Shown here in pieces: positions 12,048 through 25,413 of a stretch of 64,000 nt of DNA. The stretch is from NCBI RefSeq assembly GCF_001194135.2, contig NC_069001.1, positions 35,209,680 through 35,273,679 of the forward strand. Reading direction: 5' to 3'. A program made the position numbers and the translations under genes. Source of the stretch: Octopus bimaculoides (taxonomy: Eukaryota). The notes beneath the pieces were generated by a model that was not told where the DNA came from, did no database searches, and worked only from the letters and a program-made list of their open reading frames with translations. Each line of letters opens with the position of its first letter. Within the stretch, counting starts at the first letter, position 1.

Positions 12048-12931
12048 CATGACAATATTCTGCCACAATAGTTTGTGCTGACAAGAATCCTGCTCTTTTG
12101 TTTCCCTCCATTCATACGTAGTATTTTGTGCAGAGACTTCAGACACCTATGGACTTTAGCATTAATGGTCAAGTATATTACCCATTGACCATTTTCACCT
12201 TTACATAGGATGTCCTTTTACAGAGTTAAATATTAAACACACATACTTGCAAAACTGCAAGTCCTTACGGTATATGATAACATCGAAGCAAGCTCATATT
12301 CCCTGTGTGGTTAAAAAGACTAGTTTTAACTACAGCAGCAGCAACAGCAGCAGTAGCAGCAGCAGCACGGCGTGACTATGTCAACACTCTCTGCTACTCT
12401 GACACGATCATCCGTGCTGACCAAATCAGGAATATCCTGTCTGTCATTGTTCATATCTGTCAGTTCAATATGACACCGAGAGATTTACTCGGTGTGTTAT
12501 TGCAAGAAAAGAAAATATTTACTTTCCAGAGGAATATCGAAATAAACTATGGATTATGCGGCGCTCATAAAAGATTCACCATAGAAAAACCATTTCCCTT
12601 ATAATCCCATATGATAGCTACATATTTATTCCTCGGTTCATCTCCATAGAAAATATTCGTTATGAATGATGAGGTATTGATGCAAGAATTGTCACAGTGA
12701 TGATTAATTAAATGACAAGGAAAAGCTTTTGTTCAAATCAGTAGCTTCTAGTAACCAGTCAGTATAAAAGGACGTTTTTGCTTTTCTTTTCTATTCTTTG
12801 CCAATATTTGATTCAGTTGATCTATTTATTATCCTGTTCAGATGCTTGTACGCTAGGTTTAAGATGATGATAACTTATTTGTTATATAATAGATTGCAGT
12901 CATCTGATTCAACAGGAAATTTGATAAATGA

Positions 12932-13110
12932 AGGCACAGGAGTGGCTGTGTGGTTAAGAAACTTGTGTCCCCCATCACATGTTCTTGGGTTCAATCCCAC
13001 AGCACAGTATTTTCAACAAGTGTCTTCTTCTGTTGCTCCAGGCCAGCTAAAGCCTTGCGAGTAGACTTGGTGGACAGAAAGTGGAAAAAAAGCTGGTCAC
13101 ATGCATATAA
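12932..13110 (+). mobile_element. SINE family B 5' part
   Basis: AGGCACAGGAGTGGCTGTGTGGTTAAG head. Confidence 0.85.
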
Positions 13111-13129
13111 AAATGTGTATGCCTTTGTA

Positions 13130-13314
13130 TAAATGTGTGTATGCATGTGTGAATGTGTATTTGTGTGTGTGTGTTTTTGTGTGTGTGTATAGGTGTATGG
13201 TATATATAGGTATATATATTTCTATATATATATATATATTTATATGTATATAAGTATATATATGTATATATTTATATATATGTATATATATATGTACTTA
13301 CACATATATGTACT

Positions 13315-13355
<41 letters not shown>

Positions 13356-13476
13356 TTATATATATATGTATATATATGTACTCACACATATTTGTACTTA
13401 TATGTGTGTGTATATATATATGTGTGTGTGTGTGTATACATGTATGTATTAGTGAATATGTACATGTATCCTTATA

Positions 13477-13518
<42 letters not shown>

Positions 13519-13549
13519 TATATGTATATATATATTATATGTATATATG

Positions 13550-13616
<67 letters not shown>

Positions 13617-13620
13617 TAGA
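13130..13620. repeat. (TA)n/(TG)n compound microsatellite
   Basis: Direct reading. Confidence 0.95.
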
Positions 13621-14531
13621 TACTTTTTCTCTTGCTCCTACTCAGTATTTTTCTTTCAACAATTTCTCTTAATCTTTCTCTCCTCTCTTGCTTTTCCTCC
13701 CCCCCCCACTCTCTCTCTCTCTCTCTCTCAATATCCTCCTGTAAAATGAACGTACCTAACTTTCCATTGGATTATTTTCCTAATCATTAATTGCAATGTC
13801 TAATATTTAGTCTGCCAGTAAATTTCCTGCGATTCCATCATCGCTACAGGGCAGTGTCTTTTAGAAATGGTAACAATTGTATTTACATCAATAACTATTT
13901 CATTATTTACCTTGTTAGTGTTGTAATTGTTAGTAGAGGCGGTGGCGGTGGTGGTGGTGGTGGTGGAGGGATTTTTAAAATATTTATTTCTTTATTTTTT
14001 TTTATTACAAACAAAATTATTCCTCATCAAAAAACAAGGAATCTAATTCCAGCCCCAAACCATTATGTCAGAATCTGTTGGGTTCTGCCTTTAGGGCAGT
14101 ACGAAATATTTCCCTTGTCAAATCCTTCAATAAATAACAATATAAAAACAAATAAACTGTAAATAATAATAGTAATAATGATAATAACTAATAATAATAA
14201 AAATGTTTAAAATGATAATAATAATATTAACTTCAATAATAATAATAACAACAACAGCAACATATTTAAAAAAAGCAAGCTAAAATGCAAACAAATCCAA
14301 AAATTTTACACAAATGACATAAGGTTGGTTCTCCCATCCCATCCCATCCACCAACCTGTTGCTAATCATAATTAAGATCATTTTTGAATCGAAAATGCTA
14401 GTGAAAAATAATGGCATTTTTGTTTTACTTCTGTCAAAAAAAAAGGAATATAATCTAAAATTGTTGGAAATTTTGTTCTTGCTCTATTACTATGGTAAAA
14501 GAAATCATCATTATTATTATTATTATCATTA

Positions 14532-14678
14532 AGGTGGTGAGCTGGCAAAATTGTTAGCACACCAGGCGAAACGCTTAGCGATATTTCATCTGCCACTACA
14601 TTTTGAGTTCAAATTCCAGCAAGGTCAACTTTGCCTTTCATCTTTTCAGGGTCGATTAAATTAGTACCAGTCATGCAC
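14532..14678 (+). mobile_element. SINE family A, 3' truncated
   Basis: Head follows an (ATT)n run, as at 28886. Confidence 0.88.
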
Positions 14679-14720
14679 ATATATATGTATAGTTATAATA
14701 GTAATAATAATAGTAGTAGT

Positions 14721-14988
14721 CATTATCATCATCATCATCGTTTAACGTCCGCTTTCCATGCTAGCATGGGTTGGACGATTTGACTGAGGACTGGTGAACC
14801 AGGTGGCTACACCAGGCTCCAATCTGATTTGGCAGAGTTTCTACAGCTGGATGCCCTTCCTAACGTCAACCACTCTGAGAGTGTAGTGGGTGCTTTTACG
14901 TGCCACCGGCACAAAGGCCAGTCAGGCGGTACTGGCAACGGCCACGCTCAAAATGGTGTATTTTACGTGCCACCTGCACAGGAGCCAC
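14721..14988 (-). mobile_element. RTE-clade 3' end, young copy
   Basis: (cat)n CGTTTAACGTCCGCTTTCCATGCTAGCATGGG with intact CpGs. Confidence 0.85.
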
Positions 14989-15031
<43 letters not shown>

Positions 15032-15807
15032 TCATAATAATAATAATCCCTGGATTTATCCTATATTGTATCGGCACAGCTCAGTACAACCCCAGAAACT
15101 GTTGTTGCTAGTTGGTATCATTAATCTGTAGCCAGCATAAAAAAACAAGAGTTTGTATATGCATATTTAAAAACATTTCCTGTAAATGAACAGAAAGGAT
15201 ATACGAATATGTGTGTGTGTGTGTGTGTGAGTGCACTGTTGTCATGTTCTCTGCTGATTAGGATGTGGTTGGACAGCCACTTCTTCTTGCAGTGCTCACA
15301 GAACCCATAGTTATCAGCTTTGCATGACAATTTTTTTATTGTCTTTGGACGTAGTGTTGTATGCTTACCTTTCCATGCACATCACCAGCTCTGAACCCCC
15401 CAAAATGGAATTCCATACTTCATAGTGTACTGCTATCTTAGCTCACTCCTGAACAGTCAAGTGACTGGCCATCAGGAAAATAAGAAATGAGACAATAAGA
15501 AATCTTCATTGGTGTTGTCTGTTTAAAATAAGAAATAAGAGTATAAAAAAATAAGAAATCTCCATTAGTGTTGTCTGTTTAAAAAATTATTTCATCATGA
15601 CTTCAGTAATACTAAAGATTCTATAAGCAATTTCTAATACCTAGTTACTTTCCACCCACCCGGTATATAAGAGCATTGTAGTTTACTGGAAGCATTGTAG
15701 TTCAGAAGATGAAAAAGGAAAGGAAAAATATAGAAAGCTTCTAACAAAGTCGAAAGTATTACAAAACCATTTACATTTTGGGCAGAAAAGTTTATCTGCA
15801 CAAAGAA

Positions 15808-15889
15808 GCAGTCCAAGAAATGTTTGGTTACATCGATTTTGTTATTTTGTTTCAACAAAATCAATGTAACTAGACATTTCTTGGACTGC
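15808..15889 (+). ncRNA. Candidate pre-miRNA-like hairpin (36-bp stem, 10-nt loop)
   Basis: 33 Watson-Crick pairs, 2 G-U and 1 C-A mismatch on the + strand; not part of any repeat seen elsewhere in the window. Confidence 0.35.
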
Positions 15890-16471
15890 CCGCTTCTGAA
15901 GGTAGGCCTTTGCATCCAAAATATTGAGGTCTCTTTGTAAAACTTTCTGCATTGTTAGAAATTTTCTTTATTTCCTTCTTCTTTTTCCACACCCACACAC
16001 ACCATCTATCTATCTATCTATCTCTCTATCTATCTACACCTAGTTTAGAATAGAGGCAGCTGATGAAGAATTAATCCAAGTGGCTATTTTTTTTCCTATG
16101 TGTTCGTTCTGTTGTCTGTAGTTCATTTTTCTAACGTCCTGTAACCGAATATGCATCTATATATGTAGATGTATGTATGTACATATATGTGTGTATACAT
16201 GCTTATATATCCTTTGTTTTATTATTATTATATATAAAGCAGTCTGTGTATCATACTTGAAGCAGATACATCATTGAAAGCCATTTAAACTGTGGTGTTT
16301 GTCGCAAGAAAGTATTTGTACCGGATATATAGTGCTAAAAACACAGAAGAGTATCAATAGCAGATGAAAAACGTGTGTTTGTGTGTGTATGTATGTGTGT
16401 GTGTGTGTGTCTGTGTGTACACTTGTCTTGCCATCACATGATGGTTGTAAGCACTCATCACCATCATACCA

Positions 16472-16509
<38 letters not shown>

Positions 16510-17039
16510 ACATATATAAATTCGTATGAAGTAACATGAAATAGTATTATGACCATCATCATCATCATCACCATCATCATCACCATCATCATCATCATTA
16601 TCGTCATCATCATCGTCTATATATGTGGATATACATATACGTTCTCCTGCCTTTTTGTTTTGTTTTATTGTTTTTCTCTTTTCACTTTCTTTTTACTTTT
16701 TTTTCTTTATTTGATGGTTTTTACGCAAAAATAAAATATTTCCTTTTGAATACAAATATTCACCTAACTGACATTTATGATTATCTCCTTCACATAAAAT
16801 CTCGTTTTATATGCAAATTAGTGGAATCACTAACGGGGAAAAAGAAACGACTAATGTGTCACATCTTTCACATGAACTTAAAACTTCTTTCATCTTCTTC
16901 TAAACAACGAAAATAAAAATAAAATAAAAACGATAACAAAATTAAATGAAAAAAACTTTTATATCGATTTACTACTATACATTAGATTATCATATATTTT
17001 TTTTTTTTTGAAAGAAATGGTCTTTATATATATTTCTCT

Positions 17040-17209
17040 CTCTCTATACATTTCTCTCTTTGGATATGTAAATATATACGTCTATATATATATGTGCGTG
17101 TGATTATGCATATCGGTATGTAGATATGTCTGTGTGTGTAATATATACATATATATGTGTGTGTGTGTACATACAAATATATATAAATACATATATGTGT
17201 AATATATAC

Positions 17210-17260
<51 letters not shown>

Positions 17261-17500
17261 TGTGTGTATGTACATATATACATGTATATATTTTGTGTAT
17301 ATATATATACATATATATATATATATGTATATAGATATATATATATGTGTATATATATGTTTATATATATATATGTATATGTGTATGTATATATATATAT
17401 ATGTATATACACACACATACACACATATATATATGTATGTACATATATATATATGTATAATATATATATATATATGTGTGTGTGTGTGTATATTTCTTTA
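17040..17500. repeat. (TA)n/(TG)n compound microsatellite
   Basis: Direct reading. Confidence 0.95.
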
Positions 17501-17623
17501 TAGTTTCTCTTCATTTCTATGCTGTTTTTTACTTAAACTTCCGAATTATTCAGCTTTGAGTAATTGTCTTCCTAGGTTGGTATCTGAGTATAATAAGAAG
17601 AGATTCATAACTTTAGGTTTACT

Positions 17624-17661
<38 letters not shown>

Positions 17662-17689
17662 CATATATATATATATCTGTATGTATGTA

Positions 17690-17739
<50 letters not shown>

Positions 17740-19230
17740 AGCATGTGTATGTGTGGTGGGAGATTGGTGTGTTCATGTAATGTTCTGGAGGATGCATTAA
17801 ATGAAAAAAAAAAGCAGTTAAATGCAAAAATGTTTTGTTATATGCATGTCGCATGTACTTAATACTGCTACCAATAGTGAATGACAAAATATATTGTGAA
17901 GTTTGTTGTATAATACACACATAGATACACATATATATATGTATGTATACATATATATTGCCATTTGTTTACATGTATATATATGTGTGTGTGTGTGTAT
18001 GCATATTATATCGAAAAAATAACAGTTCACCGAGTGTGTCCCATGACAAATTTTATTTCACTTTCAAATATTAACGATTACTACTACTACTGCTGCTGCT
18101 GCTGCTACCACCACTACTACCACCACTGCCATATTTCTCCTCCTATGACTATTACGACAATCAACTTAGTTTTTATCGATAATAATGGTTTCAAATTTGA
18201 GCGCAAAGCCAGCAAGCTCAGGAGAGGATGTAAGTTGATTATGTTGACCCCCAGTGTTCAACTGGTATGGATTCAATTGACCCTGAAAGGATGAAAAGCA
18301 AAGTTGATTTCTGATATTAACACACACACAGAAAGGGAATATTGTGGTTTCAATTCATGGACTGGGTGATGGATTATTTTCATGAGTAAGACACTTCATA
18401 TCACCTTGTTCCAGTCCACTCATTTGGTAAAAGCTTCAAAGTCAATACTAATACTATACTTGTTAAAGAATAATAAATATGTACTCTACCAAATGGATTG
18501 AGTAATCCTGCAGTTTAATATAAGATTGTTTTTATTTTAACATAAAAACACAAACATATAAATATATATGTAGATAGACCTATGAAGATAATTTTTATCT
18601 CGGTGTACCACCAGTAACAAAGCATACATGTAAGACATTTTCTCTTGGGCACCAATATTGTAATAAATCTACCGGGGATCAGCAGTAGGGACCAGATTTT
18701 CCATAGCTGTGTTTGCAAACCTATGCGTCATCAAGAAACTTAAGCTTTATTGCAGCAAAAAGTTACAAAATTAAACAAAAATTCTCTTATTTAGAATTCC
18801 CACTTCCTGTTTTACAAGGTTCATAACACTCTGTTAACAAAATAATTACTTTTTTTCGGTGGTGGGTAGTTAACGAATAATTTAGCAAAGATTGTTCTGC
18901 TTTTGGGTAAGGTGGTTTTAATTACTGGGAAGTCCTCAAATCAAATGATTATTAAAGACTTATCCCTCCAGGCTGCCTGGTAACGTTAATAAGGCACATT
19001 GAGGGCTTGCCTTTACTGTTTGTGTGATTGTGTATTCAGTATATATATTTATATATATTTGTTCATATGTGTATATATGTATAAGTATGTATATATATGT
19101 GTGTGTGTGTACATGTAAATATTTGTGTGTATACATTCACACATACACATATATATATGTGTATATATGTATGTGTGTGTATGTATGTATGTATATATAT
19201 ATATATATATATATGTGTGTNNNNNNNNNN

Positions 19231-19283
<53 letters not shown>

Positions 19284-19608
19284 GTCTGTGTGTGTACATT
19301 GTTGTTATGATATGGCAAAACATTTTACTTATTGCATATCGTTCCCTATCCCAGTAGCCATCAAATAATAAATGTCTCACCATTTCCCAGTCAAAGCTGA
19401 AAAATAAAATCATTCTATGACTCAAAACGAATGAAACATTTGCCAAGTTATTTTCTTTTTTTAAATTTGTTGTTGTTTTGTTGTTTTCTCATTTCATTTC
19501 CATCTCTTCGCTAAGTTTGTTACTACTTAAAATTTAATCACCTCTCAGAGATAGAATATTTAATTTTCACTTCACAAAAATCTACAAAATTTTTTTCCTT
19601 TTTCACAG

Positions 19609-19683
19609 GGTGAAAAGGAAAGTGAGATAACTTCACTGAACAATGATGAACGACTTTCGTCATACATGTTTTGGACGGGATGG
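19609..19683 (+). CDS. Candidate 75-nt coding exon, GEKESEITSLNNDERLSSYMFWTGW; product unknown
   Basis: Strong acceptor ttttttcctttttcacag, donor TGG|gtaaac, only phase 0 is open, length divisible by 3. A competing minus-strand frame lies just downstream. Confidence 0.3.
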
Positions 19684-20542
19684 GTAAACTGTCAAGAAAA
19701 GTTCTGCACAAGATACGCCAGCCGTAATTAAGTCAGGAACTTCATTTCACCTCAATAATATTTTTCAGGCATAGCGACACATCATTTCAGTTCGTGTATT
19801 AACAGCGTGGCAGAATGTATTCGATGGCTGAGAATTTTGTGAGGCACTTGGTGAATCATCTCCTGAAACTACACACGTGAACAAATACACATAAACAATG
19901 AAATCCAAAGTAACACCTCAGGGGAACTCTACGAGAGACGGGTCTCTTAAACCACTGTGGCACTGAGATGTTTAATGAGAAATCTTATTTCAACTTGCCC
20001 TAACTTTCATTTCATAACATGAAAGTCGAACCAGTTTTAAATACACAAAGTCTAAACCGATAGATTTGTTCATTTTGCGCAACGATTGCTGTCATGTCGC
20101 ATATATGTGTGCCTGCATGCATCTGTGTGTATGTGTGTGTGCATGCATGTGTGCGTGCGTGTGTGTGTTGGGGAAGCAGTTATGGATGGAGATAAAGAAG
20201 CGGGGGACGATGAGAGTTAATATGAAGTTGGGTGCCAGAGGCAGAAGAGGTGATCAGACGTAAATATATATCTGTGTCTATGTGAGCGTGTTTGTTCATT
20301 TGTGTTTGGGAGTGGGGAGGGGTTCTGGCATTAAATGACAACTTAATTTGTCTTATTTTTACTTCACTTTTTGTTTTTCTTTTTTTTACTTTTGCTTTCG
20401 TTCATTTGTTTATTCATTTATTTTGCCTTTTCTCCATATTTCTATAACCACTTGTCAAAGTGTTATACAGATGTATTTTATATGTAATATTCTGTTTGTC
20501 TCTCTGTCTATTTACCTATCAGCCTCTATGTCCATCTATCTA

Positions 20543-20578
<36 letters not shown>

Positions 20579-20741
20579 TGTATATACATGTATGTATATA
20601 TATATAGATGTATATACATGTATGTATATATATATAGATGTATATACATGTATATGTGTGTATATATAGGTGTGTATGTGTGTGTATGAGTGTATGTGTA
20701 TATGTATTTATATATTTAGTTGCATATTCACATATTTGTGG

Positions 20742-20776
<35 letters not shown>

Positions 20777-20957
20777 TAGAGAGAGAGAGAGATAGGTAGG
20801 TAGGTAGATAGATATAATATTAAATACTTTTCTCTTTTCAATAAATATATTTGTATCATTTTGTCAAAAGAAACAGGTCTTAATCCCTTTCCACACCACC
20901 ATCACCACCACCCCTCCACCACTTCTCTCTCTTCTTACCTTAGCCTCTACCTTTCAG

Positions 20958-21145
20958 TACACCTCACCTATACACCAAGCTGCACAACGTAATGCAACAG
21001 TCTGGCTACATATTTTTAACGAGTTATTCACATTCATTCCAGGAGAAATCATTCTGCCAGCATTCAGCATTTTTTTGATTGGCGTGTCACATAATTCAAT
21101 CGCTGCTACGTGCATGTTTATGCCCATCTCAGTCTGCACCTTTAC
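20958..21145 (+). CDS. Candidate coding exon, YTSPIHQAAQRNATVWLHIFNELFTFIPGEIILPAF...; 3' boundary undetermined
   Basis: Long pyrimidine tract ending ctttcag, about 60 stop-free codons in phase 0; no convincing donor and the antisense frame is also open. Confidence 0.22.
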
Positions 21146-21167
21146 ACACACACACACACACGTGCAC

Positions 21168-21211
<44 letters not shown>

Positions 21212-22560
21212 NNNNNNNNNNNNNNNNNNNNNNNNNNNNNNNNNNNNNNNNNNNNNNNNNNNNNNNNNNNNNNNNNNNNNNNNNNNNNNNNNNNNNNNNN
21301 NNNNNNNNNNNNNNNNNNNNNNNNNNNNNNNNNNNNNNNNNNNNNNNNNNNNNNNNNNNNNNNNNNNNNNNNNNNNNNNNNNNNNNNNNNNNNNNNNNNN
21401 NNNNNNNNNNNNNNNNNNNNNNNNNNNNNNNNNNNNNNNNNNNNNNNNNNNNNNNNNNNNNNNNNNNNNNNNNNNNNNNNNNNNNNNNNNNNNNNNNNNN
21501 NNNNNNNNNNNNNNNNNNNNNNNNNNNNNNNNNNNNNNNNNNNNNNNNNNNNNNNNNNNNNNNNNNNNNNNNNNNNNNNNNNNNNNNNNNNNNNNNNNNN
21601 NNNNNNNNNNNNNNNNNNNNNNNNNNNNNNNNNNNNNNNNNNNNNNNNNNNNNNNNNNNNNNNNNNNNNNNNNNNNNNNNNNNNNNNNNNNNNNNNNNNN
21701 NNNNNNNNNNNNNNNNNNNNNNNNNNNNNNNNNNNNNNNNNNNNNNNNNNNNNNNNNNNNNNNNNNNNNNNNNNNNNNNNNNNNNNNNNNNNNNNNNNNN
21801 NNNNNNNNNNNNNNNNNNNNNNNNNNNNNNNNNNNNNNNNNNNNNNNNNNNNNNNNNNNNNNNNNNNNNNNNNNNNNNNNNNNNNNNNNNNNNNNNNNNN
21901 NNNNNNNNNNNNNNNNNNNNNNNNNNNNNNNNNNNNNNNNNNNNNNNNNNNNNNNNNNNNNNNNNNNNNNNNNNNNNNNNNNNNNNNNNNNNNNNNNNNN
22001 NNNNNNNNNNNNNNNNNNNNNNNNAAGACAAAGCAAAAAATTCTGACCAAAAATTACTTCCTAAAAAAGCTCGAAACTAATGGCTCTTTTTTCAAAGTTA
22101 TGATGAGGTCTCACTTGAGAAAATTGTTCAAGGAATGGATTGTTTGCTTTCTTATTAGTCATTTTATAAAAATACGCATCAAAAGCATTCGTGTTTGGCT
22201 AATTTTTTTCTTTTTATTCCTTGTAATTCAAAGAAGATAAAAACAAATGACAAAATTTTTGATAAAACCAGAAAAAAAAAAAAACAGTGAAGTAGTTTTG
22301 AATGGAAAAAGGTTTTAAAAATTGAAGAAAATTTTTAAAAATATGAATGAATCCCATCTATAATGGAATATTTTCGCTGAGGGAGGGAAAAGAAAATATT
22401 ATAGCCAATTTTTTAAAATAAGATTTAGTAGATTCTTCTTATGTGTGTCTTAAATATTTTTCTAAAATATTCATCTTTTACTATTCATGAAAATTTTCCT
22501 TATGGACAGTCAAATGAAAATTTTATAAAATGATAATAATAATGATAACAATAATAATAA

Positions 22561-23222
22561 TATTATTATTATATTTTTGACTTTTGCTTTGTACTTGTAC
22601 AAGTTGAATCCAAGTCTCACCCAAAGACCTCAGGAGACAAGTTAGAAGTTCATGTAGGTGTTATGCCTAGGGTGCCATATATTTGGTTTTGTACATAGTA
22701 TTGTTCTAGAGAATGTTTAAGAAAACAAGTAAATTATGTTTGTTTTAAAATTTGAGATCACATAGACAGTATTTTACGTAGGATATAGGCAGTTCCCATG
22801 AGCACTATCTTTTGAATTTGTGCCGTTTTGGGGTTTCCTGGTATCTGAGCTAGGTAGCAATCAGCCCCTTTTGCTATCATTCCTAGGGTACCTATGACAA
22901 CAGGTATTGTTTTAGTCTTGAGATTCCACATATTGCTNNNNNNNNNNCCTATGACAACAGGTATTGTTTTAGTCTTGAGATTCCACATATTGCTAATTTC
23001 TGTTTCAAGATCTTTATACTTGCTCAGTTTTTGGTAGGTCTTGACAGATACATTTATATCAATTGGGATAGTTATATCAATGAGGAGACATCATTCTTGT
23101 CTGAAGTCTTTCAATATGATGTCTGGCCTATTCACATCTATCTTTCTGTAAGTTTGAATGGTGAAGTTCCAGAGGAGTGTGATTTGATCATTTTCAAGCA
23201 CTGGAGGTGACTCCATAGTGAC
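22561..23222 (-). mobile_element. 5'-truncated R4/Dong-type LINE: restriction-like endonuclease C-terminus, 3' UTR and (TAA)n tail
   Basis: Minus strand reads LLWNFTIQTYRKIDVNRPDIILKDFRQE*CLLIDITIPIDINVSVKTYQKLSKYKDLE...MWNLKTKTIPVVIGTLG...QKIVLMGTAYILRKILS: RPD / D-x-T / K-x-x-K-Y motifs of RLE non-LTR elements; one in-frame stop. Confidence 0.85.
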
Positions 23223-23689
23223 TCAGTTCTGTTTGTTACAGCGTGACATAGAATGACCTCTAAACACAGCAGCAACCCACCTACAAAGAGCAAATATTTG
23301 ACACATCGTCACTTGATCTTCATTACTGATCCAGCCTTTAGCATGTGGCTTTGGCCAAACCCAGTTACATATACTTTCCCTCCCATTTATCTAAGGAGAC
23401 ACAAGCACCCTCACACATGATGGAGTTTCTCTCTACCAAATTCACTCAAGGCTATAGGAGAAGGTACTTGTCTAAGGCCTCACCCTGTGGGATCCCCAAA
23501 CCATGTGGTCCTTGTGATTCATATATACCTCCATATCCCCTTTTGTCTCTGGTTCCCTTATAAAACTTTCTTTGTCCATTACTCCCAGGGAGTGGCACCA
23601 TCCACTTTGTGGAGCGATACTTTTACATAAAACTATATATATGAATATGCATATACGCATATGTATACATACTTTAAAAACATATATAT

Positions 23690-23873
23690 ATCATCATCAT
23701 CCATTTTCCATGCTGGCATGGGTTGAATGGTTTGACAGGAGCTGACCAGCTGAAGGGCTGTCCAGGCTGCAGGTCTATTTTGGCATGGTTTCTACAGCTA
23801 GATGTCCTTCCTAACACAAACCATTCAACAGAGTGTACTGGCTACTTTTAAATAGCAGCAGCATGGGCACTTT

Positions 23874-23875
<2 letters not shown>
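23690..23875 (-). mobile_element. RTE-clade 3' end, decayed
   Basis: CCATGCTGGCATGGGTTG...GATGTCCTTCCTAAC motif. Confidence 0.75.
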
Positions 23876-23930
<55 letters not shown>

Positions 23931-23932
23931 AC

Positions 23933-24148
23933 ACAAGGGGGTACTGAAAGGTTCCTGACTTTAAGGATGTCACAAAAGGCCTGGCTGGAGGCCCAACCTT
24001 CTAAGTTCTTTTATAGGGTTTAGAAAAACTGAAGGACCCCTGCAATAAGTGAATCTGAGAGGGGAATATGTTAAATAAAATCATAATTAACTGATCCTTC
24101 TGTATTTTCTTTTACCCAAAGCCAGGAATTTTTAAGCACTTCTTCATG
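23933..24148 (+). mobile_element. Mariner internal-deletion derivative (MITE-sized)
   Basis: Imperfect TIRs AGGGGGTACTGAAAGGTTCCTG / CCAGGAATTTTTAAGCACTTCT; interior retains ...NLRGEYVK*, like the mariner transposase C-terminus CVxxxGxYxE. Confidence 0.7.
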
Positions 24149-24584
24149 TCTATATGTGGGTGTGTATGTGTGGTGTGCATGTATGTATGCGTTGTGTGTG
24201 TGTGTCTAAATGTAGAATTACAAAATTTCTTAAACTTTACATTTAGTTTTTCCAACTAACAGAATTTCATCACATGATTATCTCATAACAAAAAAAAAAA
24301 AAAATTAAAAGAAAAAAGAAAAGAAAAGTAACAATTCTTTTAGAAATCTTTTATCAGATTATTTTTATCATCAATAAATACTTTTTTACAATTTGTGTTG
24401 GTACTGAGGAGTACATTAAACTTGCTCTCCATGGAACTCAGTGGAGAATTCTGGTAAGTTGAGATAATTACTTTAGACATTACTTAGATCTCTATATGAT
24501 AATACATACATACATACATACATACCTGTGTGTGTGTGAAAAAACTTGCCCTGCCGTGATATCTTTTTGTGCTCATTGACTTCT

Positions 24585-24630
<46 letters not shown>

Positions 24631-24778
24631 TTATAAAACTATATCTGTCTGTCTGTCTATCTATCTGTAAGTATGTATATGTGTATGTATATATGTATGT
24701 ATGTATTATATATATGTGTGTACTTTATATATGTGTATATATGTATGTATGTATCATATATATGTATATATGTGTATG

Positions 24779-24842
<64 letters not shown>

Positions 24843-25077
24843 CATACACATACACACAGATAGACAGACAGATGGATAAATAGACAGATACACAGATGAA
24901 GATGATGATGATGATATATAAATGGAAACATATATCTCTCTACACACCTCTGGTAGTATAAAGGAACTGCAAGATAAAAAACTGGCCCCATAATCCTGAC
25001 ATGAGCTTTGTCTGTTAAGTTCACTTTTTTTATTGTTTGTTGCATCTTTGTTTTTTCTTTAATCTGTTTTAATGCAG

Positions 25078-25205
25078 AAAACAGCAAGTCAATGATATGA
25101 AAAGCATTGTAATGCCATATATGACTCTCACCCCTTCGCTATTTATGTGTAATAGCGATAATTCTGAAATTTTAGCAGAAATATTTCAATATCAGCAAGG
25201 GAGAC
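25078..25205 (+). CDS. Candidate penultimate coding exon, KQQVNDMKSIVMPYMTLTPSLFMCNSDNSEILAEIFQYQQGR; product unknown
   Basis: Very strong acceptor (long T tract, aatgcag), 42 open codons, donor GAC|gtattg; phase matches the next candidate exon. Confidence 0.42.
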
Positions 25206-25413
25206 GTATTGCTTAGAATCTGAAAAAATATGGAAACAAAATACGTAAATAGATAAATATATAAATAAACAGATATTGTTTTCTAGTTTTCTTGATCCTG
25301 TAAAGTAAAATATTCTAAAAATACTATTTCATTGGCGGCGGCGATGTTGTTGTTGTTGATGATGTGTTAGTAAAATTATAACAACAAACTTTAATTTAGA
25401 TTATGTCTTTTAG

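Noticed and set aside
16035-16085. GCAG-CTGATGA-A-GAATTAATCC as another hammerhead
   Set aside because: The 5' half fits, but there is no GAAA, helix III or helix I partner downstream.
22025-22160. YDEVSLEKIVQGMDC as a Tc1 transposase C-terminus
   Set aside because: Only vague similarity, starts at a gap edge, and no TIR identified.
22891-22994. 47-nt direct repeat inside the Dong/R4 fragment
   Set aside because: Identical copies either side of a 10-N gap: unmerged contig overlap, not biology.
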